Shown piece by piece: positions 24,226-33,700 of a DNA stretch of 64,000 nucleotides (position 1 is the stretch's first letter; each line of letters begins with the position of its first letter). Source of the DNA: a virus (Duplodnaviria > Heunggongvirae > Uroviricota > Caudoviricetes); the IMG/VR virus record IMGVR_UViG_3300033121_000168, positions 1 to 64,000 of that record; one strand, given 5' to 3'. Position numbers and translations under genes: made by a program. The notes under the pieces are model-generated. The model was not told the DNA's origin and searched no databases. It saw nothing but the letters and a program-made list of their open reading frames with translations.

Positions 24226-25140
24226 ATGGAATCAAAAACTAAGACAAAAGCTACTAGAAAACTTAAATCATTTGACTTCTCTACTCCAGATTCTGCTGTA
24301 GCGTTAGTTGGACCATCTGTAGGTGGTGGTGCTAATGGTCATACTACTGTTTTATTTAAATCAGTTGGTACTAATCGTTCAGAAGATTTTATTAAAAAAG
24401 CACAACAAATTCAAGTAACTATGGAGATTCCTGAGTTTCTTCAGAAGTTTTTTGGGTTGTGGTATGAAGATGCTCATGTGTTAGCTAGTCTTATGGGTTA
24501 TGTTGAAAATACGCCCGATGATGAAAATATGAAAACATATGAGGATTATATTCAGGAAAAGATTGATTCTTTTAAGATTTTAAAGTCAGTTAATGAAGGT
24601 GCTAGTTTGGCAAAAGCATTGATGTCTTTATCTGAAGAAGAACATTTATCGTTACTTAAAGATCAAGAGTATCTTGAATCTATTATGAAACAATTAGAAA
24701 ATACTGAACCTGTTTCTGGTTCTGTTAACAATAAGGAAACTACTATGTCAGATAATGTAGAAACCGTTACTAAGAGTCAATTTGAAACAGTTCAAAAGGC
24801 ACTTGATGACAAGGAAGTTGCACTTCAGAAGGCTCTTGCGGATCTTGAAGTTCTGCAAGCTGCTCAGAAAGAAGCTGTGCGTAAATCTCGTTTTAATCAA
24901 GTTGTGACTGCTCTTAAGGATGAAAGTATTGCTACTGTAATCTTCAAGGCTGTTGGCTTGATTGAAAGTGAAGAAGATTTTGCTGAAGTTGTGAAGACTT
25001 TGGGTGATCTTCAAGAAAAGGTAGAGAAGTCTGCTCTGTTCCAAGAACAAGGTGCTTCTGGTGATGTTCAGGAAGAACCTGTTCAAGAATCTGCGGTAGC
25101 AAAGCTGGTTAAGGCTCGTGTTGCGGCTGGATCTAAATAA
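24226..25140 (+). CDS. putative scaffolding protein
   Basis: 304 aa, highly acidic and alpha-helical/coiled-coil (..EEEHLSLLKDQEYLESIMKQLEN.., ..ALADLEVLQAAQKEAV..), located between protease-like and decoration/capsid genes. Confidence 0.5.
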   Translation: MESKTKTKATRKLKSFDFSTPDSAVALVGPSVGGGANGHTTVLFKSVGTNRSEDFIKKAQQIQVTMEIPEFLQKFFGLWYEDAHVLASLMGYVENTPDDENMKTYEDYIQEKIDSFKILKSVNEGASLAKALMSLSEEEHLSLLKDQEYLESIMKQLENTEPVSGSVNNKETTMSDNVETVTKSQFETVQKALDDKEVALQKALADLEVLQAAQKEAVRKSRFNQVVTALKDESIATVIFKAVGLIESEEDFAEVVKTLGDLQEKVEKSALFQEQGASGDVQEEPVQESAVAKLVKARVAAGSK

Positions 25141-25160
25141 TTTTTAATTAGGAGAAAAAT

Positions 25161-25562
25161 ATGGCTGTAACTATTGGTACAGATACCTTCCGTAAGGGTC
25201 ATGTTGTGAAGCATGAATACGAACCTTCGATTGGTTATTGCGTGGATAATGTGACTGCTCTTGAATCTGGTGCTAAGACTTATGTCGTTGGTACGGTTCT
25301 GGGTAAGATTACTGCTTCGGGTAAGTTCAAGATTTGTGAAGCAACTGCTGTTGATGGTTCGCAGAATGCTGCTGCTGTCGTTGTTGAAGACAAGGCTGTT
25401 GCTGCTACTACTGACACTCCAGTTCTTGCTCTTGTGCGTGGCCCAGCTACTGTTGCAAAGCAAAACCTTACGCTTGGTTCTACCGTTGACACTGATGGCG
25501 AAAAGACTGCTGTTTATGACAGTCTCAAGGCTCTTGGTATTCTGGTACAAGACGTAATCTAA
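25161..25562 (+). CDS. putative head decoration protein
   Basis: 133 aa Ala/Val/Thr/Gly-rich beta protein immediately upstream of the major capsid gene, matching the lambda D-E arrangement. Confidence 0.5.
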   Translation: MAVTIGTDTFRKGHVVKHEYEPSIGYCVDNVTALESGAKTYVVGTVLGKITASGKFKICEATAVDGSQNAAAVVVEDKAVAATTDTPVLALVRGPATVAKQNLTLGSTVDTDGEKTAVYDSLKALGILVQDVI

Positions 25563-25578
25563 TAAGGGAGAATAATAA

Positions 25579-26595
25579 ATGACTGCAACTCGTAGTTTTT
25601 CTAATCAGTTTGAAGTTACTGATTTTACTCAAGAACTGAACATCATCCCTAATACATGGGGTCTTATTAATGAGCTTGGTATCTTCACCGAAGAAGGTAT
25701 TACTCAAAATACCGTAACCCTTGAGTCTAAGGGTGGTACAATCGCTGTGGTTGGTGACCAAAAGCGTGGTACTCGTGCTCAAGTTGGTAAGGATGAAGTT
25801 TCGACTCTTCGTGCTTTCACAACGACTCACCACCCATATGATGATGCTTTGTTTGCTCATGAGCTTCAAGGTCGTCGTGCATATGGTACAGCAGATCAGC
25901 CTGATACCGAAGCTCGTGCTATTGCTGACAAGCTTTCGCGTATTCGTATGGCTCATGCTCAAACCCTTGAACTGGCTCGTGCTAGTACTCTGGTGAATGG
26001 TACGCAATGGTCGCCTAATGGTACTGTGTCTGAAAACTTCTACACAACTTTCGGTATTACCCCTAAGGAAGTGGACTTTGTGCTTGGTACTGCAACTACT
26101 GAAGTGAATGAAAAGATTCAGGAAGGTGTTGCTCATATTCAAGACAACCTGCTTTCTGGTGAAGTTGTTTCTGGAGTGGTTGTGTTGTGTGGTACTAACT
26201 TCTTCAACAAGCTTGTTCGTCAAGCTAATGTGAAGGAAGCTTACAAGTTCTACTCTTCTACACAAGAAGGTCAACGTAATGGTTATCGTTCTGGTCGCTA
26301 TCAGATCTTTGATCATGCAGGTGTTCGTTTCATTGAATATCGTGGTTCTATTGGTGGAAATGCTCTTATCCCTACGGATGAAGCTCGCATGATTCCTACT
26401 GGAACTGTTGATACTTTCAAGACTCTGTTCAGCCCTGCTGCAAAGTTTGACCTTGTGAACACTATCGGTGAACAGGCTTATGTCTGGGCTTACCGTGATG
26501 CTAAGAACACAAAGATTGAACTTGAATCGGAATCGAATTTCATTAACATGGTTCGTCGTCCTCAAGCAATCGTTCGTCTTTACAGTTCGAACTAA
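25579..26595 (+). CDS. major capsid protein (lambda gpE-like family)
   Basis: 338 aa (lambda E is 341), strong RBS AGGGAGAATAA, strong terminator right after; high expression-type codon usage producing many spurious antisense ORFs. Confidence 0.85.
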   Translation: MTATRSFSNQFEVTDFTQELNIIPNTWGLINELGIFTEEGITQNTVTLESKGGTIAVVGDQKRGTRAQVGKDEVSTLRAFTTTHHPYDDALFAHELQGRRAYGTADQPDTEARAIADKLSRIRMAHAQTLELARASTLVNGTQWSPNGTVSENFYTTFGITPKEVDFVLGTATTEVNEKIQEGVAHIQDNLLSGEVVSGVVVLCGTNFFNKLVRQANVKEAYKFYSSTQEGQRNGYRSGRYQIFDHAGVRFIEYRGSIGGNALIPTDEARMIPTGTVDTFKTLFSPAAKFDLVNTIGEQAYVWAYRDAKNTKIELESESNFINMVRRPQAIVRLYSSN

Positions 26596-26597
26596 TA

Positions 26598-26624
26598 GAA
26601 AGCCCTTCGGGGCTTTCTTATTTA
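26598..26624 (+). terminator. rho-independent terminator after the capsid gene
   Basis: GAAAGCCC-TTCG-GGGCTTTC followed by TTATTT; a second 10-bp inverted repeat TTATTTAAGA/TCTTAAATAA follows. Confidence 0.85.
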
Positions 26625-26670
26625 AGAGTATTCATTTCGTGTATTCTTAAATAAGAGAAAGGTAACTAAT

Positions 26671-27081
26671 ATGGCATTAACTGATATTGAAAAAGTCAGA
26701 ATGGAAATTCAGGATGTCGATGTTACATTCCCAATTTTATCTGATGCAACTTATACTTATTTGCTTGAAAAGCATTCTAATATAATTACTAGAGCATCAA
26801 TGGATGCCGCCAGAATGGCTTTAATGCAGTTATCTCAAAGAGGGAATGAAACTGTAGATATTTTCACAATCAAAGGTTCTTCTGTTGCTGAACAGTATCG
26901 TCAGGCTTTACTTCTTTATATTAAAGACCCTTACAATAATCCTATTTTACAGAATTGTCAGGGATGGGTAGGAGGAGTATTTCTTGATGAATTTCAAGCT
27001 AATATTGATGATTTGAATACTAACAATATTCAGCCTCCAACTGAGTCTGAGCAGAAACCTTCAAGTTATTTTATTTTCTGA
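26671..27081 (+). CDS. head-tail connector/head completion protein (putative)
   Basis: 136 aa, first gene after the capsid terminator, AGGTAACTAAT RBS-like. Confidence 0.45.
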   Translation: MALTDIEKVRMEIQDVDVTFPILSDATYTYLLEKHSNIITRASMDAARMALMQLSQRGNETVDIFTIKGSSVAEQYRQALLLYIKDPYNNPILQNCQGWVGGVFLDEFQANIDDLNTNNIQPPTESEQKPSSYFIF

Positions 27082-27088
27082 GGTTGTC

Positions 27089-27442
27089 ATGAATCAGTTT
27101 GCTAAAGCATCTATTAGTGCAATAACCAGAAATGGAACTTCAGTAACTTATAAAACAGTTTCAACTGGAAGTTATAATCCAGCAACTGGTGCAGTTACTT
27201 CAACAGAGTCTTCAATTACTCTGAAGGCTTATCCTAAGCACATTAAGTTTACTGCATTTAACCATCCAGACTTAATTGGAAAAGAAGGGGTGCTGTTCTA
27301 CTTCACTGCTGAGAATTCCTTTGTCCCTAAGTTATCTGACATTGTTGTATATAACTCAGGTGAGTATATTGTGCAATCTATTCAAAGTCATTTTGCTCAA
27401 GGTGAAGTCATCCTTTACAGGGTTTTAACGATTAAAGGTTGA
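27089..27442 (+). CDS. head-tail joining protein (putative)
   Basis: 117 aa; position. Confidence 0.45.
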   Translation: MNQFAKASISAITRNGTSVTYKTVSTGSYNPATGAVTSTESSITLKAYPKHIKFTAFNHPDLIGKEGVLFYFTAENSFVPKLSDIVVYNSGEYIVQSIQSHFAQGEVILYRVLTIKG

Positions 27443-27975
27443 CTATGATTAAAGCAGACTTGTCAGCATTTAGATCTTCACTGGAAGAAGTTAAACTTAA
27501 GATGACAAGAGGTTTAGAATCTGTTGTTGAAGGTTTTATTTACAATATTACAGTACAGGCTATTGATAATACTCCATATGGTACAGATAATGAGTTATAC
27601 CATATGAAATCCAGATTGTACGCTGGATTATATCCTGAACCTGGACATGCTAAAGGTGGCTGGCAAGTTGTTACTGGTCAATTCCTAACAGGATCTTCTG
27701 CTGGTCTTAGAAAAACATATCCAGCAAGGTCTGAACAAGCTTTTGATGTTAAAGAATATGCTGATGTTGCAAGTTCTAAATATAGACTTGGAGAAACAGT
27801 CCTTGTTGTGAATAATATTCCGTACATGGCGAATGATGGATTTACATTACCTTGGATGGAATCAATCGAATCTGGATATTCAAAGAAAGCTTCAAAGGGT
27901 GTCATGGCTCCTACCATTTCTCAGATTGAAACAATTTATAAAAATAATCTTCTTGATTATTATGTTGAACAGTGA
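27439..27975 (+). CDS. tail completion/neck protein (putative)
   Basis: 178 aa, overlapping start (ATGA). Confidence 0.45.
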   Translation: MTMIKADLSAFRSSLEEVKLKMTRGLESVVEGFIYNITVQAIDNTPYGTDNELYHMKSRLYAGLYPEPGHAKGGWQVVTGQFLTGSSAGLRKTYPARSEQAFDVKEYADVASSKYRLGETVLVVNNIPYMANDGFTLPWMESIESGYSKKASKGVMAPTISQIETIYKNNLLDYYVEQ

Positions 27976-27982
27976 GGATTAA

Positions 27983-28390
27983 ATGCGATCATTAATTAAA
28001 AGTAAAAGAGCATGTGAAAAGCATTTATCTACTTTGACACCAACATTACCAATTGCGTATGAAGGGGTTGTATTTACACCTCCAACAGGTATGTATGAAA
28101 GTTGTCAGTTTGTCATTCAGTCTCCTGATGATCCTGTATTTGGTACAGGTTATTTTAGAGAAAGATTTGATTTTCAAGTCTTTGTAATTGGACCTTATAA
28201 CAAAGGGACTACGGATGCACTTGAACGTGCTGAATTAATTAGAGATCATTTTCATAAAGGTCTTACATTAACAGAAGAGGATGTAACTCTTCATTTTCTT
28301 AGAACTCCCAAGATTGCAGGATCGGTTATTTCTGAAGGTAGGATTATTATCCCTATTTTAATTTCTGTAATGTCAGAGGTGTACTCTTAA
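27983..28390 (+). CDS. tail terminator-like protein (putative)
   Basis: 135 aa upstream of the major tail gene. Confidence 0.45.
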   Translation: MRSLIKSKRACEKHLSTLTPTLPIAYEGVVFTPPTGMYESCQFVIQSPDDPVFGTGYFRERFDFQVFVIGPYNKGTTDALERAELIRDHFHKGLTLTEEDVTLHFLRTPKIAGSVISEGRIIIPILISVMSEVYS

Positions 28391-28449
28391 ACAAAGGCGC
28401 TTGTCCTTGATCAAGCTTACTTTATGTAATTTTATAATGGAGAAATAAT

Positions 28450-29661
28450 ATGGCTGTAGCAAAGGGTGTATCGAAAAAGGTTGCCTACAAAAAAGAAGGT
28501 AGTGGTTGGGGTACTCTTGCCGGTGCCGCAGGTGCTAAATATATTCGTCGTGTAACGTCGAACTTTAACCTTGTAAAAGACACTTACGAATCTGCTGAAA
28601 TTCGTACTGACTTCCAGACTGCTGACATGCGTCATGGTATTCGTAGTGTTAATGGAACTATCAATGGTGAATTGTCACCAGGATCTTATTCAGATTTTAT
28701 GCAATCAGTAGTAGCTCGTGATTTCACAGCAGTTACTGCAATTACAGGTCTTTCAGTAACTATTGCAGCATCTGGAAGTCTTTTCACTATTACTCGTAGT
28801 GCAGGGTCATGGTTGACTGACGGAATCATGGTTGGTATGGTTCTTCGTCTTACAGGCGCAGGTCTTAACGTAGCTAACCAAAGTAATAACGTTCTTGTTG
28901 CTTCTATGACTGCAACAGTACTTACAGTTAAAGTATTGTCATCAACTGCTCTTGTTGCAGAAGGTCCAATTGCTACTGTAACAGCAACAGTTCAAGGTAA
29001 GGTTACTTATGTTCCTCAATCTGGACATACTGATGACTCATATACTGTTGAAGAATGGTATTCTGATATTGCTCAATCCGAAGTATATACTGGTCTTAAA
29101 GTTGGTACAATGAATGTACAACTTCCTGCAACTGGTCTTGTTACTACAGATTTTACATTCCTTGGTAAGAACCTTGAACAAACTGGAACTTCTCAGTATT
29201 ACACAACTCCTACAGTTGCTGGTACTAACGGTATCTTCGCTGCTGTTCAGGGTGTAATGCTTGTTGGTGGTGTTCCTGTTGCTCTTATTACTTCAATGGA
29301 TTTCTCTGTTGAACGTGCTCTTGAATCAGCTAACGTTGTTGGTAGTAACTTTGCTGCTGACGTATTTACTGGTCGTATTAAGGTTACTGGTAATTTCAGT
29401 ACTTACTTCCAAGATGGAACATATCGTGATTATTTCAATGCTGAAACTCCAATTTCACTTGTAGTAGCTCTTACGACAGATAGTACTAAGACTGGTAGTG
29501 TTCTTTCGTTTGTTCTTCCTCGCGTGAAGATTGGATCTGCTGATAAGCAAGATGCCGAACTTGGTATTGTTCAACAACATAGTTTTGTTGCTTTACTTAA
29601 TTCTGACACTAGTGCAGGTCTTGTAAACAGTACAATTCTTATTAACGATACAACAATCTAA
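28450..29661 (+). CDS. major tail (tube) protein
   Basis: 403 aa, strong RBS GGAGAAATAAT, strong terminator downstream, followed by the chaperone pair and tape measure. Confidence 0.7.
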   Translation: MAVAKGVSKKVAYKKEGSGWGTLAGAAGAKYIRRVTSNFNLVKDTYESAEIRTDFQTADMRHGIRSVNGTINGELSPGSYSDFMQSVVARDFTAVTAITGLSVTIAASGSLFTITRSAGSWLTDGIMVGMVLRLTGAGLNVANQSNNVLVASMTATVLTVKVLSSTALVAEGPIATVTATVQGKVTYVPQSGHTDDSYTVEEWYSDIAQSEVYTGLKVGTMNVQLPATGLVTTDFTFLGKNLEQTGTSQYYTTPTVAGTNGIFAAVQGVMLVGGVPVALITSMDFSVERALESANVVGSNFAADVFTGRIKVTGNFSTYFQDGTYRDYFNAETPISLVVALTTDSTKTGSVLSFVLPRVKIGSADKQDAELGIVQQHSFVALLNSDTSAGLVNSTILINDTTI

Positions 29662-29666
29662 AAATA

Positions 29667-29703
29667 AACCTCCCTTGGATAATACCTTGGGAGGTTTTTA
29701 TTG
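29667..29703 (+). terminator. rho-independent terminator after the major tail gene
   Basis: AACCTCCC...GGGAGGTT hairpin followed by TTTATT. Confidence 0.8.
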
Positions 29704-29813
29704 CTTAAAATTTTCAGATAATCATTGACTTTATATATTTTTCATGGCATAATGACAATTATGGATGAGTAGTAGATCATACTACTTTTTATTAACTTGA
29801 AAAGGAGAAAACA

Positions 29814-30212
29814 ATGGGTTTTGATCTTAATAAGAAGAATCTTTCTGAAATTGCTGAAGCTGGGTATGAGTTTGAGCTTCGTCTTCCTGGTTCTAATGAA
29901 AAGACAGGTGCTTTTGTGACGGTTCGTGGTGATCAGTCTAAAGTTGTAAAGGCTTATATTCGTAAGAAGTTTGATGAGATTCAGACTCGGAATAACAGTA
30001 AGCGCAAGGGCAATGATGTGACTTTGGAAGAAGCAGAAGAAATGGCAGTTGAAGCAGCAGTGGTTCGTATCATTGACTGGAAGGGTATTGAAGAAGATGG
30101 TAAGCCAATTCCTTTTACAAAGGAAAATGCAAGTCGTATTCTTACTGAACATTCTTGGATTCGTGAACAGATTCAGGAGGAAGCTTCTGAGCAATTGAAC
30201 TTTCTTGGATGA
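29814..30212 (+). CDS. tail assembly chaperone (gpG-like)
   Basis: 132 aa acidic protein between the major tail and tape measure genes, AAGGAGAAAA RBS. Confidence 0.55.
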   Translation: MGFDLNKKNLSEIAEAGYEFELRLPGSNEKTGAFVTVRGDQSKVVKAYIRKKFDEIQTRNNSKRKGNDVTLEEAEEMAVEAAVVRIIDWKGIEEDGKPIPFTKENASRILTEHSWIREQIQEEASEQLNFLG

Positions 30213-30606
30213 AGATTTAGAAAAAGCAATTGAATTTGCTAAATATGAATTTTCAATGCAAGAAATACAAAAAGATGGTAAAACTTTAAGAGAACACTTA
30301 AAGAAAGCTGCAGAATTTGCAAACACATCATCTTGGTTTGATTCCTCTATTCCAAAAGAGTTAGAGGAAGCTCCTGAATTACCTTCTGTATTTGAATATT
30401 GTTGGCATGATTTTCTTCAATTGCATAATGCAAGACAAGCTGGATTTTCTATTAATTGTCTATCCTATACGGAAATCAAGAGTTATTTTGATTTAATGGG
30501 TGTAACTCCAGCACCTTGGCATATTTCTGTAATCAAGTTATTTGATAACTTATTTATGCAAGAACATGCTAAACAAGAAGAAAAGAAAAAACCAAAGAAT
30601 AAATAA
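30205..30606 (+). CDS. tail assembly chaperone second ORF (gpT-like); TTG start or produced by frameshift from the upstream ORF
   Basis: 133 aa in the +1 frame relative to the upstream ORF, overlapping its last 3 codons (CTT GGA TGA / TTG GAT GAA); no SD upstream. Confidence 0.45.
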   Translation: MDEDLEKAIEFAKYEFSMQEIQKDGKTLREHLKKAAEFANTSSWFDSSIPKELEEAPELPSVFEYCWHDFLQLHNARQAGFSINCLSYTEIKSYFDLMGVTPAPWHISVIKLFDNLFMQEHAKQEEKKKPKNK

Positions 30607-30702
30607 TGAGGTCCGGTATATAAATATATCGGATCTTTTGCATTGGATTATTCCTTTAGGGAATAAATATATTCTCTAAATGAATAACCTAAGGATAATA
30701 AT

Positions 30703-33700
30703 ATGACTCTAGAATTACAAAGTATTGGATTCAAAGCAGATACTAGTGATCTACTTAAAGTTATTGAAGTAATGGATAACATCGGTACTTCAGCAGAAAA
30801 GAATTCTAAAAGAGTTACTAATTCATTTTCTGATATTAAGAAAGCTACTGATTCTCTTTCAAGTGAAAAAGTTGATCTTGGTTTAGATGATAATGCAATC
30901 AGCAAAGCTAAAGCCTACGTAGACCAGCTTAATAAGGCCGTAGAGGCTGTAACGAAGATGCCTAAGGGGGTAGGTACTCCTATGTCTTCTGGGAGCGTTA
31001 CAGGGGCTTCTATTGATGCTGGAGAGACTAAGAAGTCTGTAGACTATACTGAAAGATTAGTCTTAGCTACCAAGATGTTGCGAGGTGAGTCAATTGCCCT
31101 TGCTGATGGTTTAAAGATTCAAGCAGATGGTTTTAGTAAATCCCAAGCAGCAGCTTTGGCTAATTTAATTCTGATGGGTAAATCTATTGATGAGATTAAC
31201 AAGGCTAAAGGAGCCTTTGAAGATCTTAACAGAATGTCCGGCGTAAATACTTTTGATAAGAGTACCTCGGGTGCATATAGATTAAAGAAGCAAGTTGAAG
31301 AACTTATTCTAGTTGAGAAGTTACAAGCTGAGAATATAGACCTCACTCGTAAAGAAGTTGTTGATTATGCTCGTGATCTTGAGCGTGTAAATCAACAAGA
31401 AAGAGATGGAGTTGTTACTGCTAAACAAGCTTTAGCAGATAGAACAAAACTAGCTGGGACTTATAAATCAAATGCTTCTATTCTTAGAAAAATTGAAGCA
31501 GAAGCTATTGCTAATGAGTCAGCATCTAAAGCTAGAGGTAATGCTGAAATTAAAAGAGCTAAGGAATTAGCTGCTGCTCAGGCATATGTGTATGGAACTC
31601 TTGAAAAATTAAATTATCAAGTATCTCTTGTTGAAGAAGGAATGGGTAAGGGTGCAACTAATGCAGCTTTCCGTTTTGAACAAAGTTTGAAGAAACTTGG
31701 TTTATCTGTATCTGAACAAGAAAGATTACTTAAGGAATTCGGTGATGCACAAACCACTTTAGCTGTAAAACAGACTAAAGATAAAATGGATTATGTAGCT
31801 CGTGCAGTTGCACCTCAAATTACAGACATTGTAGTTGGTTTGAGTACTGGACAATCTCCCATGACTGTCATGTTGCAACAAGGTGGTCAATTAAGAGACA
31901 TGTTTGGGAAAATGGGTGTTGAAGCTAAAGACATGTCTAAAGTAATGCGTGAAAGTATGGTTCAAATGGCTGGAAGTGTAAAAGGTACACTTATGGGTAT
32001 GTTTGGACTTGTTCAAGGTATTTTCTTAGATATGGGTAAAGCTGCAGGTGCATCGGTTGGTAAGTTAGTTGTTGGAATGAACACTGCAGTAATTGGATTT
32101 ACTCAAGGTAAAGCTGCTGCAGAATCTTTCAAAAATAGTTTAGAAGGTGTTTCATCAGAAGCAGGGCCTGTTATTCCTTTGATTAGTAAGTTTGGTGCAT
32201 ATTTAGCTGGACCTTTTGCTATAGCATTGGCAGGTGCAGCAGCATCATTAATTGCTATTGGAATTGCTTTTAAATCGGCTTTTGATCAGCAAGATGCTTT
32301 GGAAAAATCATTACGCACAACTGGTGCGAGTTTTGGATTTAACGCTGCACAGGCATATGATTATGCTAAATCACTCAATGGGATTTCTCAATCAAAAGCC
32401 ATTGATGTGATGATTGAAATGGCTAAAGTTGGTGGATTTACTCGTGAACAATTTGCTTTATCTGCTAAATCTATTTCTGAATATAGTAAGGTTACTGGAA
32501 CCTCGTTAAGTGATACTGTAAAAATGTTTAAGGATCTTGAAAAAGATCCAGTTGATACTCTTTATAAGTTAAACAAAGCAATGGGTAATATTCCTCTTGC
32601 TGCTATTGCTCAAGTAGATGCTTTAAAAGAAGCTGGTAAAGCTTCAGAGGCTCTTACTCTTGCTACTCAATTACTTGCAAAATCTCAGTCTGATGCTGTT
32701 GATGATATCAAAGGTGAATGGGGAACTCTGTTTACCATGTGGATGTCCATGAAGTCAGTATTCAGTTCTGTAGGAGATTGGATTAAAGAAGTTTTTGCTC
32801 CTGTTCCTACTTCAACTAAATTAGTTGAAACTCTTAAGGAACTTACTAGACTTAAACAAGATTGGATTCCTGATAACCTCCAAGCTGAAAAGATTGGACA
32901 ACTACAAGCTGAAGTCACCAAATTGACTGAAAAGTTAAATAAGGAACAAGCTGATTCTAAAATCAAAGCAGACGCATCAGCAACATCGAATTACATTCAG
33001 TTAGGGGATAAAGAACTTAAAAAGGCAAGAGATGTAGCTGAAGCTAAAAAACGTGAAACAATGTCTTTTAATGATTTCTTTAAAAGTAAAATTGAAGAAA
33101 CTTATGGTTTAGAATTTGACAAGATTGAATCTATGCCTGAAGTTTATGCTCAAGCTATGAAGCTTAAAGCAGGATATCTTGTTGAGTATAACAAGATTCA
33201 TGAAAAGCTTACTAGAAAACAATCTTCAAAAGATTCAGATGCAATCAAAACTTTGAAACAAGATTTTGATTCTCAATATCAGATTCTTGAAAAAGAACTA
33301 AGTTCTCAATTAGAATTGAACAAGAAGTATAAAGAAGCTGGTATTCTTGATGATCAGCAGTATTTTGAAAATCAGAATACTCTACTTAACGAGTACAACA
33401 CTGAAAGACTTCTTCTTATTGGAGAATACTCTAGAAAAGCTTCTGCTGTAGGATCTAAGAACAGTGGTTTCCTAACCCAATTAGATAAACAGAAACAACT
33501 TCTTGGTGTTGATGCACTTAAGAATTATGGTTCTCAGATTGCAGAATCAACTAAAGCCTTAAATGAATTCTATAAGGGTTTAGAGAAAGTTGTTTTAGAG
33601 AATAAGTTACTTGAAGATCAGTTGAGAGGTCAACAAGATCTTAATATATCAATGATTGGGATGACACCAGATCAACAAGCTGCTGCTAAGGCTCGGTTTG

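Noticed and set aside
24748-26650. Cluster of long antisense/alternate-frame ORFs over scaffold, decoration and capsid genes (24748-25086, 25083-25550, 25261-25557, 25280-25492, 25525-26565, 25721-25996, 26468-26650)
   Set aside because: They mirror the strongly biased codon usage of highly expressed head genes. Their translations are low-complexity (Leu/Ser/Thr/Arg-rich) with no RBS. The sense-strand genes have clear homology-type features
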